DNA from: a virus
Lineage: Duplodnaviria; Caudoviricetes
DNA length: 61,636 nucleotides
IMG/VR virus record: IMGVR_UViG_3300042519_000334
Coordinates: 1-61,636 of that record
Reading direction: 5' to 3' (one strand)
The notes beneath the pieces were generated by a model. That model worked only from the letters and a program-made list of their open reading frames with translations. It was not told the DNA's origin and did no database searches. Made by a program: the position numbers and the translations under genes. Numbering within the stretch: the stretch's first letter is position 1; each line of letters begins with the position of its first letter. This document shows, piece by piece, positions 37,801 to 45,940 of this stretch.

Positions 37801-37902
37801 TGTTCCATCATAAAAACGAAAAGCTGCACCATTGACATTAGTGTCAACATATCCAGATGTATACAGTCTACCGCTTACGTTGGTACTTAAAAGATTTGCC
37901 AT
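34840..37902 (-). CDS. Tail fibre with C-terminal peptidase S74 intramolecular chaperone
   Basis: Gly/Ser/Asn/Trp-rich body; SSDERLKENI...GIIAQQV...VRYEKL. Confidence 0.85.
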   Translation of the reverse strand: MANLLSTNVSGRLYTSGYVDTNVNGAAFRFYDGTTFRGGLGLDDWAHSGSAADITMYVAGAGTFYITTNSIKRHWFNAGEVAFRTYAPDLNYKTSFIGGDQLNTYYGSGSATLYVQYHNGSGGNFNVGAGKLTVDTAGTVIASGSLRAPIFYDSNDTGYYLDPNGTSNLNQLNTATRARWNMPRYWTNRTSYSSDQGYWTGTNGWAKDHGTWANAWQGGFSGWDIWGEGTDHPQGAGYVHAQGIVSGQHYATSSVGYGWMMVGAANATDNRYWLRGKWDTTTSGWVEMITTGNIGSQSVNYAASAGDASTLGGFGRGNTTNKVAYFDGTRNLYVNNPESYTGEVRLGAAWSRGGVYASSTLSMATSGGAIDFVSNDTTIGAFRWDSTNGSRFIVGENVTTTPYTLIDSNKRPVIYQRGQYPVLTLDHTVTSNGVHGPTIQFVHNGYQGNQWVIGTNGPGTRLDIGFSNTAEFGNTSYNPHNGIGGYNGKTLVRMTSTGVAIGSLGTYPTVIEPAYTLDVRGNSYSSGNLKVDGFVNVNGATEHTVNDNGSVVHGTTTNNRVFINGSIQLTNNNDAIVIGRGTSTFLTDEEIGFGWGGGWYMTEGSYIRSRGSKSLHMNGGSVDYVGSLYLDGAVGVHLQPNAGSYGSLQVTGSKDGWHGIRFTGSNVVVMANGNEVGFHNNNAGWQFRWYGGEMYISANSTGGGTERTVIHSGNIGSQSVNYATSAGSSSSSSRSSALDIVGYGSGNMTYYQSSGTFAGQSGWAGYFISNHGDGATYYNQTIIMPFWGAPQYSRLQGGTFVGPYTFWSTENLNDYAPNMNQYVRTSDNVTFNTTTAPTILVNNHSDNTKGYRIHNTSGSSVSAMFTNSSNQLVIAAGAVDQINLNKKVLVNAVALGVNIAPSATAGRIDASNDIVAYSSSDERLKENITPIANALDKVKSLTGVEFDWKPEHKEAHGHEGHDTGIIAQQVLGVMPSAVRTNDTGYLAVRYEKLIGLLIEGMKEQQEQIEELKAQLNGLTK

Positions 37903-37903
37903 A

Positions 37904-40900
37904 TTACTTGTTTTCTAACTTGTTTACTCGTTCCGTTAACTCTTGAACAGCCTTCAGCAAAATTACGCTTAGGCGTTGGTATTGGATACCTTGAGGCTGC
38001 CCTGTCTCGTTGTACGTTACAACCTCTGGGAACAGCTCTGCTACCTCTTCTGCAATCAAACCAATCTCCTCCTCTTGTGAGGCAATCTTGGTGTAGGTCA
38101 CAGGATTCAACTGCTCGACCTTAGCGAGTGCTGGTTCAAGCGGTTGGATGTTCTCCTTGAAGCGTATAGACGAGTTCTCCGTGAACGTACCACCGATTGT
38201 GAGATTTCCTCTAAAGTATGCGTTTCCATTTGCTAGGCTTATGTATGCCTGAAGAACAGATGAGCCACCACCAACAAAGCCAATACTATTAGCGGGAATA
38301 TCTCCCACTGCTGAGTCTATTTGACGATGATAAATACCCCAGTTACTTCCAGTATCTGCGCTGTCTAAGAATATCCAAGCATCTCTGTCGTTAGGTTGAC
38401 TATACAGGAATACATTCGAGGATGGGTTTACGGTAGTGTAGTTGTTTAACACTAATGAATTACTCCCAATAAATCTATTAGCAGTAACAGAGCCACCCGT
38501 TAAAACATTACCACTTGAATATTCTACGCCAAAATATTCATTATTTCCACCGTCAACAAATTGCCATCTCCAACCCCCATTTTCATTAGTTCTAATCCTA
38601 TATCCGAGATTCCCAGTTCCTGCAGTATTGTAAACTTGAAATCTTCCTTGAGTAGTTCTTACGTCAACATTGGCAGCTGTAACAGTTACTCCACCAACGG
38701 AAATTGCGTTAGCGGTTGTTGCCCCCCGGCCAGTTACTGAGTTTAGTGTATCCGTTTCGGTATACCCAGTAATGTATCCAGCTGGGTTAGAATCAGAGTA
38801 TGCGTTTCTCCAAACTACAGTATCTCTGTTCGAGTAAGAAGAAACATCATTTGTCCCAGTAATAGACCAACCTTCGCCATATGAGCCGCCATCAGTTGAA
38901 TTATATCCTAACCATAGGTCTCTTGCAACAATTATGGGATATTGCCAAGAAACACCAGAAATAATAAATGCGGTATTACCAATACTGTTTCTTGAAACCT
39001 GAATTGTTGGCTTATACTGAGGGTTAGTTCCGTGAGCTTCAAATCCTTCAAATCCACCGTTTGATTCTGGATTCCAGTACCCGCCTAGGTCAACCTTTGT
39101 TTTGCTATTCTTATCGTAATAATTACCAAATATCTCGATGGTAAAACCACCCATTTGATACTCATCCTGAGGTACATTAGTCTCAATAATGTAGTATGTG
39201 TATCCTGAACCATTGTCTGATTTTGCTGCCAAAACACCAGAAGCTGTTTTTACAGGATTAAAACCATCAGACGTAATTCTTTTTTTAATTACAGCAGCCG
39301 CATCAAACGACAAACTACCGCTCATCGTATCTCCAGATGCGTTTACAAACCTAGAATCAGATTCTGTTTCGGTGTAATACCTATCATCGTGGTTGTGTGA
39401 AGCCGCAGCGTAAGTACCAGATGTAACACTAAATGTTGTTCCTGTAAGAGTAAGGCCAGTACCTGCTGAATAAGTAGTGTTGGTATCAGTGTCGGTGGAA
39501 GAAATAGTTATAGTTCCTCCCGACTTAGTAATCGTTGTTGCACCGCCTCCCCTGAGTTCAATATTTCCGGTTGATAAATCACCGTCTATGCCCACTGAGG
39601 TTACAGTATCGGTGTCGGTTGCACTTAGCACCCCGTTGCTGATGCTCAGATTAGTTCCTACTTTGATTCCTCCCAAAACCGTTGAAGTTGCTGTAGGTAA
39701 AGACTCAAGATAGCGACCATCAAGGTCTACCGTTACAGTTCCTAGGTCTTGCTGTGTTAACGTGAGTACACCAGTAGTGGTATTAAAAGATGCGCTATTA
39801 ATCTTGTCGTTGTACGCAGCATCCCAGTTAGATTTATTGTAACCACCAATAGCTTCAGCACCGCTAAAGAAGTCATCAATCTCTCCCTCGTTGTAGAAGT
39901 TTGCATTAACCCAAGTCTCAGTGGCGTATCCATTAAGAGCAGTTGAAGTAACATATGTGTTTGAGTCAACTGTTCCGTTAGCCTTTAAGAACTGAGATGA
40001 TGTTCCAGCCGGAGTCTTGAATCCAGCGAACGTAATCTTAGCATCAGTATCAATATAACCCTGCTCATTCCCCCCCCATCTAAAAGAGTAAATCTTATTG
40101 GCTGGGTCTCCTTGGTCTGGTTGTAGGCTACTGCTTGTGTCTGCGTTTGTAATCAACAACGCTGTTGACGAAAATGATGTGGCGTTGGCTGCTCCGTTTA
40201 CGTCAAGTTTTGCCAATGGACTAGTCGTCCCAATACCGACTCTTCCATCCCCCCTGATAAACATTAATGCATTAGAATTGTATCCGGAATTGTAAAGACT
40301 TCCGAATACCATACTAGTCATAGTGCTTCCGTTGTATTCTGTATGGATTTTACCAGTTACATTCGCAGTGTCGTGCCAAACTATACCACCCCTAGGAGTT
40401 GTGCCTGTATAAGAAACGCTAAGTCTTACCAATTCATCAGTAGTTGTGCTGCCTTGACCTACTTGAAGCAATGCCCCCGGCGCCGCCGTACCAATGCCGA
40501 CTCTATTGTTTATTGCATCCACAACAAGCGTATTAGTGTCTACAGTAAGACCTCCAACTGTAATAGCATTCGTGGTGGTTGCCCCCCTCACCGTAATAGA
40601 GTCCAGCGTATCAGCCTCAGCAGTCAGGAAGTTCGGGGTCCAGTTCTTCCAGTAACCATCCGTGTCCCTACGAAGAAGCTGTCCAGTGGCGGGAGATGAA
40701 ATCTGAACATCGTGAATCTCATCTATCTCAATACCATTCTGAACCTTAACGAAAATCTCTCCGTTGTTCTGCTGAACTCTAGTTACCACACCGAGGTATA
40801 CCAAGTGCAATGGTGACGTTGGCTTGTTTAGCAATCCAAAGATTAGGTTGCCGTTAGCACCGAGCCATACGGGGTCACCAGCGGTTGCCGTGGACGTGTT

Positions 40901-41491
40901 TAGGCCAGCGAGCAATCCCTCCGTTACAACAAAGATTTGGTCGTTGATAGCCGCAGTAGATGCAGCGAGACCCATAACCTTAGATGATGTAGCCTCCGAT
41001 GCGTTAGACGCAAGGCCAACAATCATATTAGTTCCATCAGCTCCAGTCACATAGACCGCCTGACCTTTTGTAATCGCAACTCCAGCCTTAACTAAGTGCT
41101 GAACCTTAGACACGTACTCAACGGTAGACAGCGTGGTGTTTACCCAAGCGGTTCCGTTGTACTGAAGAATCTGTCCTGCCGTTGCGGTGGTAATCGTAAC
41201 GTCACCTAATGCGTCAATAGATGAACCAGTCGTAAGATAGTTGGGGCTCCAGTTATACCACACCGGGTTAGGGTCCTCTGACCCTACGGGAATGCCGTAG
41301 CGAAGCAACTGACCAGTGGATGGTGAGCTGATTACAACGTCAGTTAGTGCGTTTAAGTTTGTTGAGCCAGCACTAACACTACCCCAGTAGACGGCACCAT
41401 TGCCATCAGTCGTCAACACCTGACCATTTGCTCCATCAACAAACGGCAGGGTGTATTCCGTGTTGACGTTAATCTGAGATAAAAACTTCAT
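37904..41491 (-). CDS. Tail fibre with C-terminal peptidase S74 intramolecular chaperone
   Basis: RVGIGT..P repeats and HNHDDRYYTE; SSIRFKENI...IGLIAEEV. Confidence 0.85.
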   Translation of the reverse strand: MKFLSQINVNTEYTLPFVDGANGQVLTTDGNGAVYWGSVSAGSTNLNALTDVVISSPSTGQLLRYGIPVGSEDPNPVWYNWSPNYLTTGSSIDALGDVTITTATAGQILQYNGTAWVNTTLSTVEYVSKVQHLVKAGVAITKGQAVYVTGADGTNMIVGLASNASEATSSKVMGLAASTAAINDQIFVVTEGLLAGLNTSTATAGDPVWLGANGNLIFGLLNKPTSPLHLVYLGVVTRVQQNNGEIFVKVQNGIEIDEIHDVQISSPATGQLLRRDTDGYWKNWTPNFLTAEADTLDSITVRGATTTNAITVGGLTVDTNTLVVDAINNRVGIGTAAPGALLQVGQGSTTTDELVRLSVSYTGTTPRGGIVWHDTANVTGKIHTEYNGSTMTSMVFGSLYNSGYNSNALMFIRGDGRVGIGTTSPLAKLDVNGAANATSFSSTALLITNADTSSSLQPDQGDPANKIYSFRWGGNEQGYIDTDAKITFAGFKTPAGTSSQFLKANGTVDSNTYVTSTALNGYATETWVNANFYNEGEIDDFFSGAEAIGGYNKSNWDAAYNDKINSASFNTTTGVLTLTQQDLGTVTVDLDGRYLESLPTATSTVLGGIKVGTNLSISNGVLSATDTDTVTSVGIDGDLSTGNIELRGGGATTITKSGGTITISSTDTDTNTTYSAGTGLTLTGTTFSVTSGTYAAASHNHDDRYYTETESDSRFVNASGDTMSGSLSFDAAAVIKKRITSDGFNPVKTASGVLAAKSDNGSGYTYYIIETNVPQDEYQMGGFTIEIFGNYYDKNSKTKVDLGGYWNPESNGGFEGFEAHGTNPQYKPTIQVSRNSIGNTAFIISGVSWQYPIIVARDLWLGYNSTDGGSYGEGWSITGTNDVSSYSNRDTVVWRNAYSDSNPAGYITGYTETDTLNSVTGRGATTANAISVGGVTVTAANVDVRTTQGRFQVYNTAGTGNLGYRIRTNENGGWRWQFVDGGNNEYFGVEYSSGNVLTGGSVTANRFIGSNSLVLNNYTTVNPSSNVFLYSQPNDRDAWIFLDSADTGSNWGIYHRQIDSAVGDIPANSIGFVGGGSSVLQAYISLANGNAYFRGNLTIGGTFTENSSIRFKENIQPLEPALAKVEQLNPVTYTKIASQEEEIGLIAEEVAELFPEVVTYNETGQPQGIQYQRLSVILLKAVQELTERVNKLENK

Positions 41492-41530
41492 AGTTTACCA
41501 ACCTAATACAGTATAAGCAAAAGTACAAAA

Positions 41531-41560
41531 TAAAAGAGGGGGCCAATGACCCCCACCCTT
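41531..41560 (-). terminator. Probable intrinsic terminator
   Basis: AAAAGAGGGGG...CCCC hairpin between the 41580 and 41491 genes. Confidence 0.5.
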
Positions 41561-41579
41561 ACTGCTATTCACCTATATA

Positions 41580-42746
41580 TTAATCGTTGGATGTGATAGG
41601 AGCATCGCCTTCCACTGAGCCTGCTATTGTATCACCAGAGCGTTTTGACGCCTGCAGTACAACGTAGTGTGTGTTGTCCGTCACTGCGGAACCAAATGTA
41701 ACTACAATAGCATTACCTGTGGGTCTGGTAATATCAACAATAACAGTCTCTTGAGTTGCGTATGAAATAACCTCAGCCATAACAGCCTTAGTCCCAAAGT
41801 TGTGGGTTACCGTGTATGCGTTGCCTGTTTTTGATACATTTCCCTGAAGAGCGTCAAGTGAGAAGTGTATGGGAAGACCGAGATAGTTAGCAACCGCAGT
41901 AAACGTAGCCAAGCGAAGAACTCCAGCTTGACCATCTGCATTGCTCTGCATAATGAAGTGGTCGGTAGTTGTTACACTAGGGCTTAGTGAAGGTAGGCTA
42001 CCGACGTGCAATGGCTGGTCTACGGTGGTGAAGCGGTCGTTTGTCTCGTCCCATAAGAACGATACGGCTGCTGCATTACCACGCTTTACAGAGAATCCAC
42101 CGTTCTCAGTTGGTGGAGTGCTGACACTAATGTCAGAGTTCAACAGGATGATGCTGTCTCCGATGTTTACCTCGTTAGAAGTGATAGAAGTCAACTGACC
42201 ATTTACAGTGAGGTTACCACTGATTACCGTATTTTCTGCGTCGATGGTTACGGTGTATGACGTTCCACCACCCTGAAGAGATACGGCCTCCTGTAGAATC
42301 TTAGCGTTCTCAAGTTGAGTGTTAAGGTCATTCCACATCATCAGTCTTCCCTCAGAAAGACCAGTGGCATTCTTAAATCTTACATTGTCGCCAGTGAGTT
42401 CAAGGCCATCGCTTACTCCTACGTTAAGGATTCCAGTTGTGGTTCCGTCCCAAGTAAGACCGTTACCAGCAATGGTTGAAGCGACACTGATGGTTACCTC
42501 GCCGTCACTACCGCCTCCGGTGAGACCAAGACCAGCGGTTACGCTGCGGATGTCACCAGTGATGTCGTGCCAAGCGGTTCCATCATAGTATTTTACTTTG
42601 TTAACCGTAGAGTCGTATACGATTCTACCAGTGTAAAGATTGCCACCAGCTAATGCAGTAATCTGCACAGTAGATAGGTGCTCGGGACGAAGACCTAATA
42701 CGGGGAATCCGTTGAGCTGAAGAGAAACTAAATGACTTAGTGCCAT
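41580..42746 (-). CDS. Tail fibre base/structural protein
   Basis: VTAGLGLTGGG, ISGNLTVNG and THNFGT repeats typical of fibre proteins. Confidence 0.65.
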   Translation of the reverse strand: MALSHLVSLQLNGFPVLGLRPEHLSTVQITALAGGNLYTGRIVYDSTVNKVKYYDGTAWHDITGDIRSVTAGLGLTGGGSDGEVTISVASTIAGNGLTWDGTTTGILNVGVSDGLELTGDNVRFKNATGLSEGRLMMWNDLNTQLENAKILQEAVSLQGGGTSYTVTIDAENTVISGNLTVNGQLTSITSNEVNIGDSIILLNSDISVSTPPTENGGFSVKRGNAAAVSFLWDETNDRFTTVDQPLHVGSLPSLSPSVTTTDHFIMQSNADGQAGVLRLATFTAVANYLGLPIHFSLDALQGNVSKTGNAYTVTHNFGTKAVMAEVISYATQETVIVDITRPTGNAIVVTFGSAVTDNTHYVVLQASKRSGDTIAGSVEGDAPITSND

Positions 42747-42753
42747 ATCATTC

Positions 42754-43080
42754 TTAGTTTAGGTACGCCTTCCCGCTAAATGGGTCGACGAAGGTTATGG
42801 TTAGGGTGTTTAAAGAGTTATATTGGATGTCTCCTACTACAACATTTTCTGTGGAATCAACAACTACTGCGGCTGGTTTCTTGCCTAGGTTATGGTTAAT
42901 GACCCAAGTAGCTGACGGCATATTCTGCTCGTAAACAAAGTGAGCGTCTCCGCCTCCACCAGTAACACCACGGATTGAAAGGCTAGTGGTTGGTCTTGGG
43001 ATGACAATAGTATTCTGAAGCGTCGGCTGTTGTACGCTTACATTGATTTGTTCTCCGCTATTGATGGTTATATCACTCAT
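42754..43080 (-). CDS. Small tail structural protein
   Basis: W.INHNLGK.P...FSGKAYLN motif. Confidence 0.65.
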   Translation of the reverse strand: MSDITINSGEQINVSVQQPTLQNTIVIPRPTTSLSIRGVTGGGGDAHFVYEQNMPSATWVINHNLGKKPAAVVVDSTENVVVGDIQYNSLNTLTITFVDPFSGKAYLN

Positions 43081-43436
43081 AGCGTAACGTCCTCATTTAC
43101 TTTGAAGATTCCGTACAACCACGTCTTAACGGCGCCAGAGTTTGTACTCTGAAGGTCGTACACATAAAGACCACCGCTAACGGCGGACATAGTGACCGGA
43201 GGTGCGGTAATAGTCAGCACACCAAGAGTGGTGCCACTGTAAGTGAACGCATCATCCTCAAGGATGGCAGAGGCGGAAGTATCCGTCTCACGAACATCTA
43301 GCTTCCACGTGTATCCGGTGAGGTTGATTACAGCCCCAGTGTCGTCCTTAAACGTGAGTTCAAGACGGAAAGAGTCACCCTTTCTACAGGTGATGTCTAC
43401 TCTTTGTGCTGTATCTAAGTTAATCTGGGCGGCCAT
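43077..43436 (-). CDS. BppU-like fibre attachment protein
   Basis: GDSF.L.L...INLTGY...YVYDLQ...G.F.V..DVT. Confidence 0.7.
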   Translation of the reverse strand: MAAQINLDTAQRVDITCRKGDSFRLELTFKDDTGAVINLTGYTWKLDVRETDTSASAILEDDAFTYSGTTLGVLTITAPPVTMSAVSGGLYVYDLQSTNSGAVKTWLYGIFKVNEDVTL

Positions 43437-43453
43437 AGTGCAAATATACCAAC

Positions 43454-45886
43454 TTATTGATTGCCAAGAATTTGAGAGAGAAGGTTGGTCTCTTCGTCAG
43501 TGAGCTCTCCACGTTCTCCCTTACGCTGAGAGATTAGCTTTGACTGCTCGACTGCCTGCTTCTTAACACGCTCGTCCTTAGCCATTTCACGCTTATCCTC
43601 CACGCTCATACGGAATTGTCTATCCTCCTGATTAACCTGCATACGTCCCTCAGACTCAACTTTAGCCAATTCAATCTTCAACTGATATTCTCTCTCGAGT
43701 AGCTGCATCTTGATTTCGGCTTCCATCTGTAGCTTCTGCATTTCAAGCTGTGACTTAACCTGCTCTGTCTGAGCCTCGGCTTGAGCACTAGCTTGAGCAG
43801 TCTGCTGGTTTACTTGAGCCTGCATCTGGCTGTTCTGGGCTGCAATCTCTTGCTTCTGCTTAATACGCTTCTTCCGGCGAACAATCAATAATTGCTCAGC
43901 TTGGTCTACGTCCTTAAGTCTGCGGATGGCCATAGCATCCTCTAAGTCAATCTCCCCTTGTGCAATGGACTGCTGAATGTTAGCCTCTAAGTAAGCCTTG
44001 TCGGTGTCAGACATCTCAGGTACTACACGCACACCGAAGTTGTACATAGGTAGGTCCTTAAATGATGCGAGGACATCCATATTAGCCTTACCGATTGCGT
44101 TCTCGTACACTCTGTAGATAACAGACTGAGGAGGCACGATTTGGAGGCATTTAACGACGTATTCCACGACTTTCTTGTAGAGCATCATAGATGCGTGAGT
44201 AATGTCGTAGGTGGCGTTATTTGATGCCTCAATGGCCTGCTGGCGCACACCAACCAATGCGTCACCCTTAGGAGTGGATGCGTCAACTACTTCGTTGATA
44301 CCCGTAGCGTCACGAATCATACGCAGGTAATGGTTGTATGTATTCACATACGCCTCGATGTTGCGGATGGCGTTACCAATCTCACGGATGGGTGGGTTCT
44401 GAAATCCTCCCTCTGGGTTCTTAGAGCGATAGTAGAAAATACCAGTCTGCTCGTAGATATCTTGAATCTCCAAAGGTTGAAGCTCTCCACCAGAACCGAG
44501 CTGTACGTTCTCCAATCCCTCGATGTCGATGATGAGTCCGTCAGGCTTAGCCTTAGCGATTGACTGCTGAATCTTCAGGTGAGTAATTTGCAGTTGGTCA
44601 GCGAATCCTACGATGCCGCTTACCATAGACTTAGGAATCATACGGCGCATATTCACCGCAACTGCACTGTACGACAGGCGAGTTCTGGTGATATCGTGGA
44701 TGTTGCGTGGCTGGTTGTTCTTCATCCCATAGCCGTACATCTTGTTCGTACCTACAATGTAGCTACCTCCGTAAAGTGTAACGAATGACATACGTACTGG
44801 CTTGCGGTCGAACACGCTCTCCTTGGGTGGCTGATACACCATACCCTTGTAGTAGAATCCTACGTTACCGAAGCGAGACTCCTTAGACTCGTAGAAGATG
44901 TCATCAACTGATAGGAACTCGAAGTCCATAACCTCAACGATGTACTCGTCGTATCCGAAGATTGTTCGCTGTAGGTTTCTGTCGTAGTAAGAGTGAGACA
45001 GCTTGTTTGGGTCGTTGGCGTACTTATTCTGTACGTTGCGAGCCATCTGGTCGTACTCCTGCTCAGTGAACTCATCACCAGCCAGACGCTTAAGCTCCGA
45101 AATGGTGATGCGCTTAACGTGACCAGCGTAGGTCAGGTCGTTCATCAGTGGGTCCTCGGTGTACGAGTGGATGAAGTATGCCGGGTCAACGTACTTGGCT
45201 ACGAGTCCGTAGTTGGGGTCGTACTCGTTTTTGGTTACGCCCATACCTACCTGAACCAAATCGTTCACGCATCTGCGGTGTACGGTGTGGTTGTATTCGT
45301 TCCACTCAAGTGTGAGGTTGGCTGCAATCTGCGCGGCAATCTCAGCGTTGGTCTTGATGTTTGACTCTAGGAAAATCTCAGCTTCTTCCGGGGTGTCGGG
45401 GATTTTCTCTAGGTTAGTACCGATGTCAAGTCCAGCCTGCTGAGCCTGCTGTAGCATATCTCTGTTGTTCACGTTGAACTTGAGCTCAGCCTTCTTGCGC
45501 TCCTTCTCGGTGATGCTAAGTGGGTCGATTGCCTCTACGTTGGGGTATGGATTCTTAGAGAGAATCTTATTTACTACAATCTTAACGAACTTGGGGATGA
45601 TGGGGACCGGAGACCAGTCGATGTTGAGCAACGAACCGTCTCCGTTGTTCGGGTCAAGCGAGTTTAGAATCTGCTTGTAAATCTTTGTGTCTTGAGTTCC
45701 GTTGGCGTAGTCTCTGTATCGCTCGAACTCGTCGAGACGCTTACGGAAGATACTTCCGTGGTCGTCTGTATGTCCCCACTGCGACTCGATGGCCTTAGCG
45801 TACTTCAGTCCGTAGGACTTGGCAGCCTTAGCATCGGGAGAAGCTAGTGGGTCAGGGAAGTTCCCTTGCTTGTTATTGCTTTCCAT
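43454..45886 (-). CDS. Portal protein
   Basis: 810 aa directly after the large terminase; LNIDWSPVPIIPKFV.IVVN and IRD.TGINE motifs; Gln-rich C-terminal barrel. Confidence 0.85.
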   Translation of the reverse strand: MESNNKQGNFPDPLASPDAKAAKSYGLKYAKAIESQWGHTDDHGSIFRKRLDEFERYRDYANGTQDTKIYKQILNSLDPNNGDGSLLNIDWSPVPIIPKFVKIVVNKILSKNPYPNVEAIDPLSITEKERKKAELKFNVNNRDMLQQAQQAGLDIGTNLEKIPDTPEEAEIFLESNIKTNAEIAAQIAANLTLEWNEYNHTVHRRCVNDLVQVGMGVTKNEYDPNYGLVAKYVDPAYFIHSYTEDPLMNDLTYAGHVKRITISELKRLAGDEFTEQEYDQMARNVQNKYANDPNKLSHSYYDRNLQRTIFGYDEYIVEVMDFEFLSVDDIFYESKESRFGNVGFYYKGMVYQPPKESVFDRKPVRMSFVTLYGGSYIVGTNKMYGYGMKNNQPRNIHDITRTRLSYSAVAVNMRRMIPKSMVSGIVGFADQLQITHLKIQQSIAKAKPDGLIIDIEGLENVQLGSGGELQPLEIQDIYEQTGIFYYRSKNPEGGFQNPPIREIGNAIRNIEAYVNTYNHYLRMIRDATGINEVVDASTPKGDALVGVRQQAIEASNNATYDITHASMMLYKKVVEYVVKCLQIVPPQSVIYRVYENAIGKANMDVLASFKDLPMYNFGVRVVPEMSDTDKAYLEANIQQSIAQGEIDLEDAMAIRRLKDVDQAEQLLIVRRKKRIKQKQEIAAQNSQMQAQVNQQTAQASAQAEAQTEQVKSQLEMQKLQMEAEIKMQLLEREYQLKIELAKVESEGRMQVNQEDRQFRMSVEDKREMAKDERVKKQAVEQSKLISQRKGERGELTDEETNLLSQILGNQ

Positions 45887-45940
45887 ACCTATTGTTTATC
45901 CCCAGTTTATGTGCAAATATACCGAATAATGTGTTGCAGG

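Noticed and set aside
34840-41491. Diversity-generating retroelement acting on the fibres
   Set aside because: No reverse transcriptase and no template/variable repeat pair were seen
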